DNA of 64,000 bases. Source: an uncultured Nitrospiraceae bacterium. Its GTDB lineage: Bacteria > Nitrospirota > Thermodesulfovibrionia > Thermodesulfovibrionales > UBA6898. A program made the translations under genes and the position numbers. The stretch is from NCBI GenBank assembly GCA_963811165.1, contig CAWEQH010000001.1:416001-480000 (forward strand), written 5' to 3'. Positions 48,490 through 59,287 of the stretch are shown here, one piece after another. How positions within the stretch are numbered: position 1 is the first letter of the stretch; each line of letters begins with the position of its first letter. The notes below the pieces were generated by a model. That model was not told where the DNA came from and did no database searches. It saw only the letters and a program-made list of their open reading frames with translations.

Positions 48490-49521
48490 ATGAACCTTCA
48501 CTTTACGAGAAGCAACGGCCCTGTAGATGAATTGATCGATAGAGTGATCGAACTCGTAGGAAAAGTTCACCACCCCGAGATCATCCGGGAGATGATTCTC
48601 GCCGCGCTCAAGGCCGGACTTGAGGACGAAGAGAAGGCCGACCTTAAGCTCATGAATTCTACACTTAAGGAGATGAGGTTTACCGCCAAAATCTTCGGCC
48701 CTTACGCCGGCGTGAAGAAGGTGACAGTCTTCGGCTCTGCAAGGACGGGACGCGACGAGCCGGTTTATGAGATGGCGCGCGAGCTTGGAAAGACACTCGC
48801 GGCCTCCGGGTACATGGTCATTACCGGCGCGGGTCCCGGCATAATGCAGGCGGTGAACGAAGGGGCCGGCCCTGACAGCTCGTTCGGCGTCAATATACGG
48901 CTCCCTTTCGAGCAGAGAGCCAATCCCGTACTTGAGGGCAACCCTCGTTTGATCACCTATAAATATTTTTTTAACAGGAAGGTAGCCTTCCTCAAGGAGG
49001 CGCATGCGATTGCGCTATTCCCCGGGGGGTTCGGCACCCTTGATGAGGCGATGGAGACGCTCACGCTTGTCCAGACGGGGAAACGCGATCCGCTGCCCCT
49101 TGTCTTGGTGGATGAGCCGGGAGGTGTATACTGGATCAAGTGGCTCCGCTTCTTTGAGGATGAACTTCTCGCCCAGGGATATATAACTGCATCTGATTTC
49201 AACCTTTTTGAGCGTGTTGATTCGGTCCCCGCGGCAATCGAAAGGATAAATCACTTCTACCGCCGCTATCACAGCCTACGGCACGTCGACAGGCAGCTTG
49301 TGTTACGGTTGACCTCGGGCATAAGCCCTCAGGAGGTGAGCGAACTTAACAGCCTCTTTGAGGATATACTGGTCCCCGGAGGCAGGATTGTTCTTACCGG
49401 TCCCCTGCCGGAAGAAGCTGACGAGCCTGAAATAGCCCATCTCCCGAGGCTTGTCCTTAATTTTAATGGCAGAGATTTCGGCAGGTTGAGAAGTCTGATA
49501 GATATGGTCAACGACTACTGA
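48490..49521 (+). CDS. LOG-family nucleotide monophosphate nucleosidase-like protein
   Basis: VTVFGSART, TGAGPGIM, KYFFNRK, PGGFGTLDE. Confidence 0.9.
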   Translation: MNLHFTRSNGPVDELIDRVIELVGKVHHPEIIREMILAALKAGLEDEEKADLKLMNSTLKEMRFTAKIFGPYAGVKKVTVFGSARTGRDEPVYEMARELGKTLAASGYMVITGAGPGIMQAVNEGAGPDSSFGVNIRLPFEQRANPVLEGNPRLITYKYFFNRKVAFLKEAHAIALFPGGFGTLDEAMETLTLVQTGKRDPLPLVLVDEPGGVYWIKWLRFFEDELLAQGYITASDFNLFERVDSVPAAIERINHFYRRYHSLRHVDRQLVLRLTSGISPQEVSELNSLFEDILVPGGRIVLTGPLPEEADEPEIAHLPRLVLNFNGRDFGRLRSLIDMVNDY

Positions 49522-49533
49522 CGACCGCAGTTT

Positions 49534-51087
49534 TTATTTCCCTATCTCGTGAAGCTTCACCGAATCTTTGTCCCATCTCAGGTGACTTTGCCAGGCTTCT
49601 CCCCGGTCTTTATAGTCGGACCTGTAGTGAGCACCTACGCTACCCTTCCTCGCAAGAGCGGCTTCCACAATCAGACCGGAGATTATGATCATATTTTTCA
49701 GTTCGAGTTCTGATCTCGTGAGAAAATCCCGGTCGGTTATCTGCTTCCATAAACAGAGCTTCTCCCTCGCTTCGGCCAGAGAGCTCCCGCAGCGAATGAT
49801 TCCCGCCTTTTCCCACATGAGTGTCCTTAGGGAATTTCTTATCGTTTCGCCTTCCTCTATGGTATCAGGCCTAAGATTATAGTCTGCGGTTTGACAGGGA
49901 ACGACGCTAGATCTGACTGCGGCTGCTCCTGCCCTCGCCCCAAAAACCAATCCCTCCAGGAGACTGTTAGAGGCCAGTCTGTTTGCGCCGTGTACGCCTG
50001 TGCAGGCCACTTCGCCTGCTGCGTAGAGCCCCCTTATATTCGTCTCGCCATCAAGGGTAGTTTTCACTCCGCCCATGAAGTAGTGAGCGGCAGGTGAAAC
50101 CGGGATTAGGCCCTCTGTGATGTCGATCCCGTACAGGAGGCAGGTAGCAAAAATTCTCGGGAACCTCTTTTTTATGAACTCCTTCCCCATGTGTCTGAGG
50201 TCGAGATAGACATGGTTGCTCCCTGTCTTCACCATTTCGGAAATGATCGCCCGTGAAACGATATCCCTCGGAGCAAGCTCGGCCATAGGGGTATAATCCT
50301 TCATAAATCTTTGTTTATCGATATTCAGAAGCACCGCACCTTCACCCCTCATGGACTCGCTCAGGAGAAAATGAGGGGCGGGCGGAAGGTAGAGACTGGT
50401 GGGATGAAACTGGACGAATTCCATGTCCTCGAGTTCCGCACCGGCCCTCAATGCGATTGCCATTCCGTCTCCGGTGGCAACCGGTGGGTTTGTTGTCCGC
50501 GAGTATATCTGCCCGGCGCCGCCCGTAGCAAGAACGGTCGCCTTGGCAAAGAGCGCACTTACCTCCCGCTCCTGAAGAACATACGCCCCATGGCATTCGT
50601 GATCATTTACGATAAGGTCCATCGTGAGGGCATAAGGATACTTTTTGACCGAGGGTATCGAACGGACCTTGTTGAGCAGTACCCTTTCGAGTTCCCTCCC
50701 GGTCGAGTCTCCGTGGGAGTGAAGGATTCTTCTTCTCGAATGGGCGGCTTCGAGCGTAAGTGCCAGTTTGAGACCTTCACGATCGAATTCGGCGCCCCAC
50801 GATATGAGTTCCGCTATCCTCTCAGGCCCCTCTTCGACAAGTGTCTTGACGGCTTCTTCGTCGCATAGTCCGTCCCCCGCCTTCAGGGTATCTTCGAAAT
50901 GTATGCCGACCCTGTCTTCATCACTCATTACGGCAGCAATGCCGCCCTGAGCATATTCGGTGCTGCTCTCAGACGGTTTATCCTTCGTTACGACAAGGAC
51001 ACTGCCGTAAGGCGCGAGTTCTATCGCAGCCCGGAGACCCGCAACGCCACTGCCGATAATGAGGAAGTCAACTGTTTCGGTGCGCAT
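49534..51087 (-). CDS. nadB: L-aspartate oxidase
   Basis: IGSGVAG, AQGGIAA, EAAHSRRRILH, QFHPT, SESMRGEG, HGANRLASNSLLE. Confidence 0.95.
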   Translation of the reverse strand: MRTETVDFLIIGSGVAGLRAAIELAPYGSVLVVTKDKPSESSTEYAQGGIAAVMSDEDRVGIHFEDTLKAGDGLCDEEAVKTLVEEGPERIAELISWGAEFDREGLKLALTLEAAHSRRRILHSHGDSTGRELERVLLNKVRSIPSVKKYPYALTMDLIVNDHECHGAYVLQEREVSALFAKATVLATGGAGQIYSRTTNPPVATGDGMAIALRAGAELEDMEFVQFHPTSLYLPPAPHFLLSESMRGEGAVLLNIDKQRFMKDYTPMAELAPRDIVSRAIISEMVKTGSNHVYLDLRHMGKEFIKKRFPRIFATCLLYGIDITEGLIPVSPAAHYFMGGVKTTLDGETNIRGLYAAGEVACTGVHGANRLASNSLLEGLVFGARAGAAAVRSSVVPCQTADYNLRPDTIEEGETIRNSLRTLMWEKAGIIRCGSSLAEAREKLCLWKQITDRDFLTRSELELKNMIIISGLIVEAALARKGSVGAHYRSDYKDRGEAWQSHLRWDKDSVKLHEIGK

Positions 51088-51174
51088 ATAGCAAGGATAC
51101 AGGGATATGATGGATGAAATCAAGTAGCCAGCGGGAATACATGAAGTATGAGTGAATCAGCTTCCCGTCCGATC

Positions 51175-52143
51175 CTACAGATCGAATATCTTTCTTCTCA
51201 ATATAACGATTTCAAAGCTGAGTGATGTCATCGAAATCAGGGTATCAAAGTAGGTGAGGCTGGCGCTCAGCACGGCCGAATTGCCGTTGTCCGCATACAG
51301 TAGCGCGATGACTTTGTCCCTGATTTGGATGGGAATGACAAGGCAATCCTGGGGAGTGCCGGAAAGGAGCGAGATCAAAGGCTCGTTGCCGGGTATCTTC
51401 AAAAGAGGGCCTCTATAGTACGTCTTCTTATGGATCACCTCGGAGAAGACCGAGTTGAGGGCCACCGGAGCATTGAACTTTTCGACCTCCATGCCCCTCG
51501 CTTTCCAGCCTATCAGCTTGTCACCCTTGAGAATGAAAACCGCCGCGCGCGAAGCGACCCTGCGGGACTCATTAAGAAGGATACCGATAATTTCTTCCCT
51601 TTCCTTTACGTTGGCAAATTCCTCTTTTACTTTCTGCAGCTGTGCTTTCGCGTCTTCCTTGGTCGCTTCTTTCTCCTCTTCCTTGACGAATACGCTGATA
51701 TAGCGAAGGTCCCGCTCTATGCCGTAGTACTTTTCGAGTGCGTAGAGCAGGCGAAGTTCGGTGATCACGTACGGTATGATATCGTATCCGGTTATGAACC
51801 TCATCTCGTCGGCACTTTCCATGGAACGCGGGTCCAAAATTGCAACGTGAAGTCTGTTTCTTTCCTTTTTAAAGGGCACTACTTTGTATTTTTCTGCGAG
51901 TTCCCTGCTGATGCACGCAATGACTTCGGGGTCCACCGCCGCGAGCTGAACGGGGTCGACTGCCGGAATCTTAAAAAAACGGCTGAGAAAGGCCGAAAGG
52001 TCTTTTTCGGTGAGTATTCCCAGTTCCACGATGTTCGTGCCGATTCTTCCTCCGAAAATGACCTGTCTTTCGAGTGCGAGCCTGAGCTGATCCCGTGTAA
52101 TCAGACTGTCCTTTACGAGTGCCTCCCCGAGTTTCAGCGCCAT
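51175..52143 (-). CDS. MshEN (c-di-GMP-binding, T2SSE_N) domain protein with C-terminal GAF-like region
   Basis: KLGEALV...ITRDQL..AL..Q...GRIGTNIVELG; no ATPase motifs; C-terminal PIQIRDKVIALLYAD. Confidence 0.8.
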   Translation of the reverse strand: MALKLGEALVKDSLITRDQLRLALERQVIFGGRIGTNIVELGILTEKDLSAFLSRFFKIPAVDPVQLAAVDPEVIACISRELAEKYKVVPFKKERNRLHVAILDPRSMESADEMRFITGYDIIPYVITELRLLYALEKYYGIERDLRYISVFVKEEEKEATKEDAKAQLQKVKEEFANVKEREEIIGILLNESRRVASRAAVFILKGDKLIGWKARGMEVEKFNAPVALNSVFSEVIHKKTYYRGPLLKIPGNEPLISLLSGTPQDCLVIPIQIRDKVIALLYADNGNSAVLSASLTYFDTLISMTSLSFEIVILRRKIFDL

Positions 52144-53507
52144 TATTTAATCCCGTATTTGTGGAGCCGGTGGCGGAAGGAGCGGAAGGAGAGGTTTAGA
52201 ATCTTGGCCGCCTCGGTCTTTACGCCGCGTGATTTTTCGAGGGCCTTCGTGAGATAGTCCTTCTCTATTTTTTCTAACAGTTTCTCGAGATCGAAGGTCC
52301 CATCGCCGATATCGGGCAGACATCCGAGGTTGTTTGCGGTTTGCAAGATTTCGTCAGGGAGGTCTTCAGGTACGATAACTTCCTTGTCGGAAAGCAGTAC
52401 GACCCTTTCCACGATATGTTCCAGTTCCCTTACATTGCCCTTCCAGTGATAGTTCATGAGCAACTGCATCGCCTCATGGGAGATCCTTCTTGGCTCTTTT
52501 GAAAACTTGAATAAGAAGTGCTCCAGAAGAAGGGGGATATCCGATGTCCGTTCTCTAAGAGGAGGGATAGTAATGGGGACAACATTAAGGCGGTAAAAAA
52601 GATCTTCTCTGAAACTGCCCGCAGCCACAGCCTCCGTGATATTTATGTTAGTTGCCGAGACTATTCTCACATCGACTTTTATATCGGTCGTCCCCCCGAC
52701 CCGCCTGAACGTTCCGTTTTCGAGGACGCGCAGGAGTTTTGATTGGAGCGACAACGGCATTTCTCCAATTTCGTCCAGAAAAAAAGTGCCCCCGTCGGCC
52801 ACTTCGAACAGACCTGATTTGCTGAATACCGCGCCGGTAAACGAACCCTTCATGTGGCCGAACATCTCGGACTCAAGAAGACCCTCGGGGAAAGTCGCGC
52901 AGTTGATCGTGACATAATTCTTGTTTTTTCTCGGGCTCAGGTTGTGAAGGGCCGAAGCGACCAATTCCTTACCGGTCCCGCTTTCGCCGCTTATGAGTAC
53001 GGCGGAATTGCTGTTTGCAACCCTGGGGATCAGCTTGAACAGTTCCTGCATTTTTGTGCTCTTGCCTATGATGTTCTCAAGTCCGAACGATGACCGGAAT
53101 TTTTCGCGCAGGAGGGATAGTTCTTCGCTGAGGTTCTTTTTTTCAAAGGCCTTTCTTACTATCAGCCTTATTTCATCGATCTTGAAGGGTTTGTGGATGT
53201 AATCATAGGCCCCTTTTTTCATGGCATCGATTGCCGATTCGATAGTGCCGAAGGCGGTAACCATTATCACCAGAGCTGAAGGGGAGATTTCTCTGGCCTC
53301 TCTTAAGACTTCAAACCCGTCGGCCTTGGGCATCTTGATATCCGTTATGACGAGGTCGAAGAGATTGTGCCTGATGTATTCGATCCCCTCCATCCCGTCC
53401 GAAGCTGCGGTAACTTCGTACGCCTCCTCTTCAAGAAGTATGCGGAGCACTTCTCTCATGCTCTTCTCATCTTCTATGATGAGGATTCTTCCCTTAATAT
53501 TCTCCAT
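52143..53507 (-). CDS. pilR: sigma54-dependent response regulator PilR
   Basis: Receiver, GESGTGKE, GSFTGA, C-terminal SFRSFRHRL; follows pilS. Confidence 0.9.
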   Translation of the reverse strand: MENIKGRILIIEDEKSMREVLRILLEEEAYEVTAASDGMEGIEYIRHNLFDLVITDIKMPKADGFEVLREAREISPSALVIMVTAFGTIESAIDAMKKGAYDYIHKPFKIDEIRLIVRKAFEKKNLSEELSLLREKFRSSFGLENIIGKSTKMQELFKLIPRVANSNSAVLISGESGTGKELVASALHNLSPRKNKNYVTINCATFPEGLLESEMFGHMKGSFTGAVFSKSGLFEVADGGTFFLDEIGEMPLSLQSKLLRVLENGTFRRVGGTTDIKVDVRIVSATNINITEAVAAGSFREDLFYRLNVVPITIPPLRERTSDIPLLLEHFLFKFSKEPRRISHEAMQLLMNYHWKGNVRELEHIVERVVLLSDKEVIVPEDLPDEILQTANNLGCLPDIGDGTFDLEKLLEKIEKDYLTKALEKSRGVKTEAAKILNLSFRSFRHRLHKYGIK

Positions 53508-55080
53508 CTTCCCTGTGTAGTATAATCTCAAAAGTCGTTTTTATTCCAGGAATGCTCTTTGCGGTGAGCCTTCCGCTATGTTCCTCTATTATCCTGTATG
53601 CGATCGACAGCCCAAGTCCTGTCCCCTCATCCTTTGTGGTGAAAAAGGGGTAAAAAATCTTTTCTATCCGCGACGGCTGGATTCCTGGCCCGGTGTCCGC
53701 AAAGGTTATGGTGATCAGGCCCCTCTCTTTTTTTGTCGAGACGGTCAGCTCGCCCCCCTCTTTCATGGATTCCACCGCATTTATTCCCAGGTTCCAAAAT
53801 ACCTGCCTGATCTTTTGCGGGTCTACCTTCGCCATGAGAGGTCCTTCAAATCCCTTGTTGATCGATATATTGCCTTTATTCTGCTCCGCGTTTTTGAGAA
53901 GGGACAGGGTTTCATCCAAAAGGAGGTGCAGATCTGCCTTCCTTATTTCTAGGGGCCTCGAACTTGAATAGGTCAGAAAGTCCGTGATGATGTCGTTAAG
54001 CCGCTCCATCTCCTTTAAGGCAATGCCCATCAGTTTTTCTTTGTGTTTCTGCGATATCTTTTCGTCACTGAGCATCTCTATAGAGCCTCTCATCGATGCG
54101 AGGGGGTTTCTGATTTCGTGGGCAATGTTTGCGGACAATTCGCCTATCGCAGCCCATTTTTCTTTTTGTTTGATCTCGGCTTCAAGCGACTTAAATAAAG
54201 TCAAGTCCTGAAAGATGCCGATAAATCCCGTCTCCTGCCCGCTGGCATCCCTTAGGATCGATACCGTGAGCCCTATGATCTTGGGCCCCTTGCCGGTCTC
54301 AAGGGTAACTTCGCGGCGTCCTTCTTTGAGAGGAAAAGAGAGAAAGGGAAGTGCGGTTTCGATCCCCTTGCTGGTCGCGAGTTCCTTTTTTATTCCGGTG
54401 ATCTCCTCGGCTGTCCTGTTGAAGATCAGCACGTTGCCGTATCTGTCTGTGGTGAACAATCCGCTCGGGAGACTCTCTATGACTTTCATATTGAACAGCT
54501 CAAGATCCTTCAGATGGGTGTCTTTTTCCTCGAGCTTCTGAGCGGTCTTTTCGAGTCTGGAAGAAAGGTTGCCGCTTAGGTAGGCGGTGAGATATAGAGA
54601 GAGGATATGAATAAAGATATTGTAGAGAAAGAGCCTTTCGGAGATGACTGAATGAGGGATATTCAGTATGCCGTAATACTGCAGGTCGAGAAGCGTCCCA
54701 TAAAGGATACTGCTCAAACTTGCTATGACAAAACCGGCTTTTTTGTTAAGAACAATGCTTGATGACAAGACGGTGAGAATCAGAGTAAAGGAGAACCAGC
54801 TCTCAACTCCGCCGGTTATGTAAATCAAGCTGATTCCGGCGATCACGTCGAAGATCAGCTGGATATAAGTGAATAGGAATAGGCCCTTAATTTTGGTAAT
54901 GAGGAGGGCATAGATTATGGTGAGCAGATAAAGCGAGATAATGAGATACGAGATTGCCCTGGGTTGAGCGTAAAAATACTCGATCCTGAAGAGGAAAGAT
55001 GAACCCAGCAAGACCGTGACGAATAAGGCCCTGAGGCTTATCAGGGCCTTCAATCTTGCCGTCAGGACATTGTCGGCCAT
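53494..55080 (-). CDS. pilS: Sensor histidine kinase PilS
   Basis: Multi-TM N-terminus with ITGG..S.F, PAS, AHEIRNPL; position after pilC. Confidence 0.9.
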   Translation of the reverse strand: MADNVLTARLKALISLRALFVTVLLGSSFLFRIEYFYAQPRAISYLIISLYLLTIIYALLITKIKGLFLFTYIQLIFDVIAGISLIYITGGVESWFSFTLILTVLSSSIVLNKKAGFVIASLSSILYGTLLDLQYYGILNIPHSVISERLFLYNIFIHILSLYLTAYLSGNLSSRLEKTAQKLEEKDTHLKDLELFNMKVIESLPSGLFTTDRYGNVLIFNRTAEEITGIKKELATSKGIETALPFLSFPLKEGRREVTLETGKGPKIIGLTVSILRDASGQETGFIGIFQDLTLFKSLEAEIKQKEKWAAIGELSANIAHEIRNPLASMRGSIEMLSDEKISQKHKEKLMGIALKEMERLNDIITDFLTYSSSRPLEIRKADLHLLLDETLSLLKNAEQNKGNISINKGFEGPLMAKVDPQKIRQVFWNLGINAVESMKEGGELTVSTKKERGLITITFADTGPGIQPSRIEKIFYPFFTTKDEGTGLGLSIAYRIIEEHSGRLTAKSIPGIKTTFEIILHREDGEY

Positions 55081-55086
55081 TACCCC

Positions 55087-56304
55087 TTATTTGATGAGGG
55101 TGATTAGTTTGAAGATAGGCAGATACATGGCTATAACTATGAAGCCGACGGAGCCTCCAAGAAAGACCATCAGCATCGGCTCCATCATGGCGGTAAGGTT
55201 AGAAACCGCATTGTCCACTTCATCATCATAAAAATCAGCGATCTTCGAAAGCATCGTATCAAGCGCCCCGGTGGATTCACCGACCGCGATCATGTGGGTG
55301 ACCATGGGCGGAAACACCTTGGATTTCAACAAGGGTTCGGCAAGTGTCTTACCTTCCGACACAGCAAGCCGTACGTCCATGACCGCATATTCTATAACTT
55401 TGTTGCCCGCCGTCTTTGCCGTTATTTCGAGGCCGTCGAGTATCGGGACGCCGCTGCCTATGAGCGTGCTTAAGGTCCTTGTAAATTTTGCAACCGCCAC
55501 CTTTCTCAGCAGGAGGCCGAATATGGGCAACCTCAGAAAAATCTTGTCAGTTATTAAGGTGCCCTTCTCCGTTTTTCTGATCTGCTTAAAGGCGATGGAT
55601 AAGGCGACGATCGACAAAAAGACCATAAGGCCCCCGAGGCCCGCCATGAAATTGCTTATCTTTATGACAATGAGCGTAGGCAATGGGAGGGTCCCTCCCA
55701 TTGAAGTGAACATCTTCGCAAACGTAGGTACCACGAATATCATTATGACTGCGATGACTCCTATCGCGATCGTGGATACCACAATCGGATATACCATCGC
55801 ACCTTTTACCTTCTTCTTGAGCTTCATCGACTTTTCAATGTAGGCTGCAAGCCTGTTCAGGATCGTATCGAGTATACCGCCTGATTCACCTGCAGCGACC
55901 ATATTTGCGTATAATTCCGTGAATGCCTTCGGATGTTTCCTGAGCGCATCGGCATACGTCGATCCTGATTCAACATCCGATTTAATCATGCCCAGGGTCT
56001 TGCCGAGAAATTTGTTTTCAACCTGGGTAGTCAGTATTTCGAGCGCCTGAACAAGGGGAAGGCCGGCGTCGATCATGGTGGCGAACTGTCTGGTGAAAAT
56101 GACTATGTCCTTGTCTTTTACTCCGCCACCCAATGCGGACAGGCCAGCAAAAGCGGATTTCTTTCCCTTTGGGTTTATGAGAGTGGGAGTAATGTTCTTT
56201 TTCCTCAGATTAGCGACCACCTCTTCCTTTGAACCGGCGGACATCTCACCCGATTCAATGGTCCCCTTGCTCGTCTTCCCCGACCACTCAAAGACGTTAG
56301 CCAT
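55087..56304 (-). CDS. pilC: Type IV pilus platform protein PilC
   Basis: FTRQFATMIDAGLPL, AGESGG.LD, GAMVYP, VGESTG.LD, AMYLPIF. Confidence 0.96.
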   Translation of the reverse strand: MANVFEWSGKTSKGTIESGEMSAGSKEEVVANLRKKNITPTLINPKGKKSAFAGLSALGGGVKDKDIVIFTRQFATMIDAGLPLVQALEILTTQVENKFLGKTLGMIKSDVESGSTYADALRKHPKAFTELYANMVAAGESGGILDTILNRLAAYIEKSMKLKKKVKGAMVYPIVVSTIAIGVIAVIMIFVVPTFAKMFTSMGGTLPLPTLIVIKISNFMAGLGGLMVFLSIVALSIAFKQIRKTEKGTLITDKIFLRLPIFGLLLRKVAVAKFTRTLSTLIGSGVPILDGLEITAKTAGNKVIEYAVMDVRLAVSEGKTLAEPLLKSKVFPPMVTHMIAVGESTGALDTMLSKIADFYDDEVDNAVSNLTAMMEPMLMVFLGGSVGFIVIAMYLPIFKLITLIK

Positions 56305-56310
56305 TTTTTA

Positions 56311-57402
56311 TTACCTCCCGCGTCCAGAAGGCGCGTTAGTTGCCCTCTGAAGCATAGTGATTAACTCTTCCGGCACCATTGACCTGCCTATCGCATCTTC
56401 ATAGGAAAGATGCCCCTTCGTGTAGAGCTCCACCAGAGACTGGTTCATAGTCTGCATTCCGAATTTGGTCTGTCCCGTCTGCATCATGGAGTATATCTGA
56501 TGTATCTTATCTTCTCTTATTAGGTTCCTGATGGCCGGATTCGGCACGAGCAACTCGACCGCCAGGGACCTTCCCTTTCCGGTTTTCTTTGGAATGAGCT
56601 GCTGAGCGAGTATCCCCTCAAGAACGAAGGACAACTGGACCCTGATCTGTTCCTGCTGATGAGGAGGGAATACATCGATTATACGGTTTATCGTCTGGAC
56701 AGCTGAGTTTGTATGCAGTGTCGCAAGGGTCAAGTGGCCCGTTTCCGCAACCGTGAGTGCAGCTTCGATCGTCTCGAGGTCCCTCATCTCGCCGATGAGG
56801 ACGACATCGGGGTCCTGCCTGAGCACATATCTTAATGCAGCTTTAAAGGAGACTGTATCGGCATTTACTTCACGCTGGTTTATAAGACACTTCTTGTGTC
56901 CATGGAGGTATTCAATAGGGTCTTCTATCGTTATAATGTGCTCGTATCTTTCGGAATTGATCCTGTCTACCATCGCGGCAAGGGTGGTGGATTTGCCGCT
57001 TCCTGTAGCGCCGGTGACAAGTATGAGCCCCCGAGGTTTCTTGACGAGATCATTTACTATCTCAGGGAGCCCGAGATCAACGAATGTCCTGATTTCAAAC
57101 GGGATTGTCCTGAAGGCCCCGGCCACGGCCCCCCGCTGCATGAAGACATTGCCCCTGAACCTGCTAAGGCCTTTTACCCCGAAAGAGAGGTCAAGTTCAT
57201 TATGCTCTTCAAATTTATGTTTTTGGCTGTCGGTCAAAATGCTGTAGCAGAGCGCCTTCGTCTCAACAGGCGTGAGGGCCGGATGGTCAAGGGGGACGAT
57301 TTTCCCGTCGATCCGTAACCTCGGCGGGCTCCCCGTGGTGATATGGAGGTCAGAGGCGCCTTTTTCGATCATGGTTTTCAATAGGTCATATATATTTGCC
57401 AT
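56311..57402 (-). CDS. pilT: Twitching-motility retraction ATPase PilT
   Basis: ASDLH, GATGSGKST, TIEDPIE, LRQDPD, AIRNLIRE, GMQT. Confidence 0.97.
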   Translation of the reverse strand: MANIYDLLKTMIEKGASDLHITTGSPPRLRIDGKIVPLDHPALTPVETKALCYSILTDSQKHKFEEHNELDLSFGVKGLSRFRGNVFMQRGAVAGAFRTIPFEIRTFVDLGLPEIVNDLVKKPRGLILVTGATGSGKSTTLAAMVDRINSERYEHIITIEDPIEYLHGHKKCLINQREVNADTVSFKAALRYVLRQDPDVVLIGEMRDLETIEAALTVAETGHLTLATLHTNSAVQTINRIIDVFPPHQQEQIRVQLSFVLEGILAQQLIPKKTGKGRSLAVELLVPNPAIRNLIREDKIHQIYSMMQTGQTKFGMQTMNQSLVELYTKGHLSYEDAIGRSMVPEELITMLQRATNAPSGRGR

Positions 57403-57413
57403 CAATAGCTCCT

Positions 57414-59241
57414 TTAATCGCCGAAAGTAACCCTCATAACCTCTTCAATTGTTGTTACGCCTTCCGCAGCCTTGGTGATTCCACTCATCCTCAAGGTCTT
57501 CATTCCAAGGCGGACCGCTGCCTTCTTTATTTCGGCAGTTGAGGCACCTTCAAGGATCAACTCCTTGAGTTCGTCCTTGATAGGCATTACTTCATAGAGG
57601 GCAACTCTCCCTTTATAGCCGGTCCCATTACATGTAGGACAGCCCTTCCCCCTGTAACACTTAACCGTTTTTGCTGCCTCCTCGGTAAAACCTGCCTTGA
57701 TGAGTGCTGCGGCAGGGGATTTTCTCCTCTTCCTTACACTGCTGGCATATTTTCCGTGCGAGTCTCTGTGCGAGTATCAGAATGACTGCCGAGGAAACAA
57801 GAAAAGGCTCGATGCCCATATTTAAGAGCCTGCTGATAGTGCCCGGAGCGTCGTTTGTGTGAAGCGTGCTCAGCACGAGATGGCCGGTCAGGGCGGCTTT
57901 AACTCCGATCTCAGCGGTCTCGAAGTCCCTGATTTCGCCGACCATTATAATGTCCGGGTCCTGCCTGAGAAACGACCGAAGGGACGCAGCGAAGGTCAGA
58001 CCGATTTCCTCTTTTACCTGGACCTGATTGATACCCATGAAATTGAATTCTACGGGGTCTTCTGCGGTCATAATATTTGTGTCGGGCTTGTTTAGGTAGT
58101 TCAGTGCTGAGTACAGGGTCGTAGTTTTACCGCTGCCCGTAGGGCCTGTAACCAGTATCATCCCGTATGGTTTGTTGAGCGCGCCCATGAAGTCGTCCAA
58201 AGCACCCTGTTCAAAGCCCAGTTTGGTGAGATCGACCTGGAGATTAGCTTTATCGAGAAGCCGAAGGACGGTTTTTTCGCCGAAAAGGGTGGGAAGTACA
58301 GAGACGCGAAAATCGATATCGCGCTTTTTTCCGAGCTTCAGTTTTATTCTGCCGTCCTGCGGAAGCCTTCTCTCGGCGATATCGAGCTTTGACATTATCT
58401 TTATCCTCGAAGTAAGGGCCGCCTTTATCTTTGTAGGGAGGTTCATGACCGTATACATTACGCCGTCCACTCTGTAGCGCACCCGCAGAGAGTTTTCATA
58501 GGGCTCGACATGGATATCGCTCGCACCGGATTTTATGGCATTGACGAAGATGCCGTTCACCAGTTTTACAATCGGCGCCTCGACTTCCTTTACAACGTTG
58601 GTATCCTCCTGTTCCTCTATAACATCCACATTGTCGAGGGCGCTGCCCACGATCTTATCGAATTCATCGACATTCACACTCGGGCCCTCCTCAAACGAGG
58701 AGCTGTCAAAGTTGCTGTCCCCCGGCATATCGTCATCGCTCATAGTGTAGTCTTTTGCCTGGATCTGCATAGAGGCAGTCTGGAGCGTGTTCGATGCCGC
58801 CAGCGTGTTGTCGCCTTTGCCGAGATAATGGCCGGTAATAGAGCCTATGATCGCGGATTCGCTCGAAACAACTACCTCCACGTTATAGCCGGTCATGAAC
58901 TTTACATCGTCTATGGCGAAGACGTTCGAAGGGTCGGCCATCGCGATGGTCAAGGTCGCGCCGACCCGCGCTACAGGCATGATGAGGTATTTCTTGGCCA
59001 TGTCGGAAGGTATTAATTTAAGGACAGCAGCGTCTATTTTATATTCCGCGAGGTTTATGGCGGGCACCCCGTACTGCTTGCTCAAAAAGGCAACAAGTCT
59101 ATCTTCAGTAATAAATCCCATTTTTACGAGATTTGTGCCGAGCCTCCCCCCATCTTTTTTTTGGACGCCCAACGCCTGCTTCAACTGTTCTTCGGAGATA
59201 ATACTCGAGGCTATAAGTAATTGCCCTAGTTTCACAGCCAT
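57414..59241 (-). CDS. pilB: Type IV pilus assembly ATPase PilB with N-terminal MshEN; +1 frameshift at 57715-57718
   Basis: GPTGSGKTT, LRQDPD, STLHTND; removing one C restores ...KIPAAALIKAGF...GKGCPTCNGTGYKGRVALYE...GVTTIEEVMRVTFGD* ending at 57414. Confidence 0.95.
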
Positions 59242-59259
59242 ATGTCTAAAATATATGAA

Positions 59260-59287
59260 ATTATATTTATTGTCAATAATTTGTCAA
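59260..59287 (-). promoter_or_regulatory. sigma70 promoter of the pil operon, overlapping an 11-bp direct repeat
   Basis: TTGACA-N16-TATAAT on the minus strand; TTGTCAATAAT x2 at 59270-59291. Confidence 0.65.
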
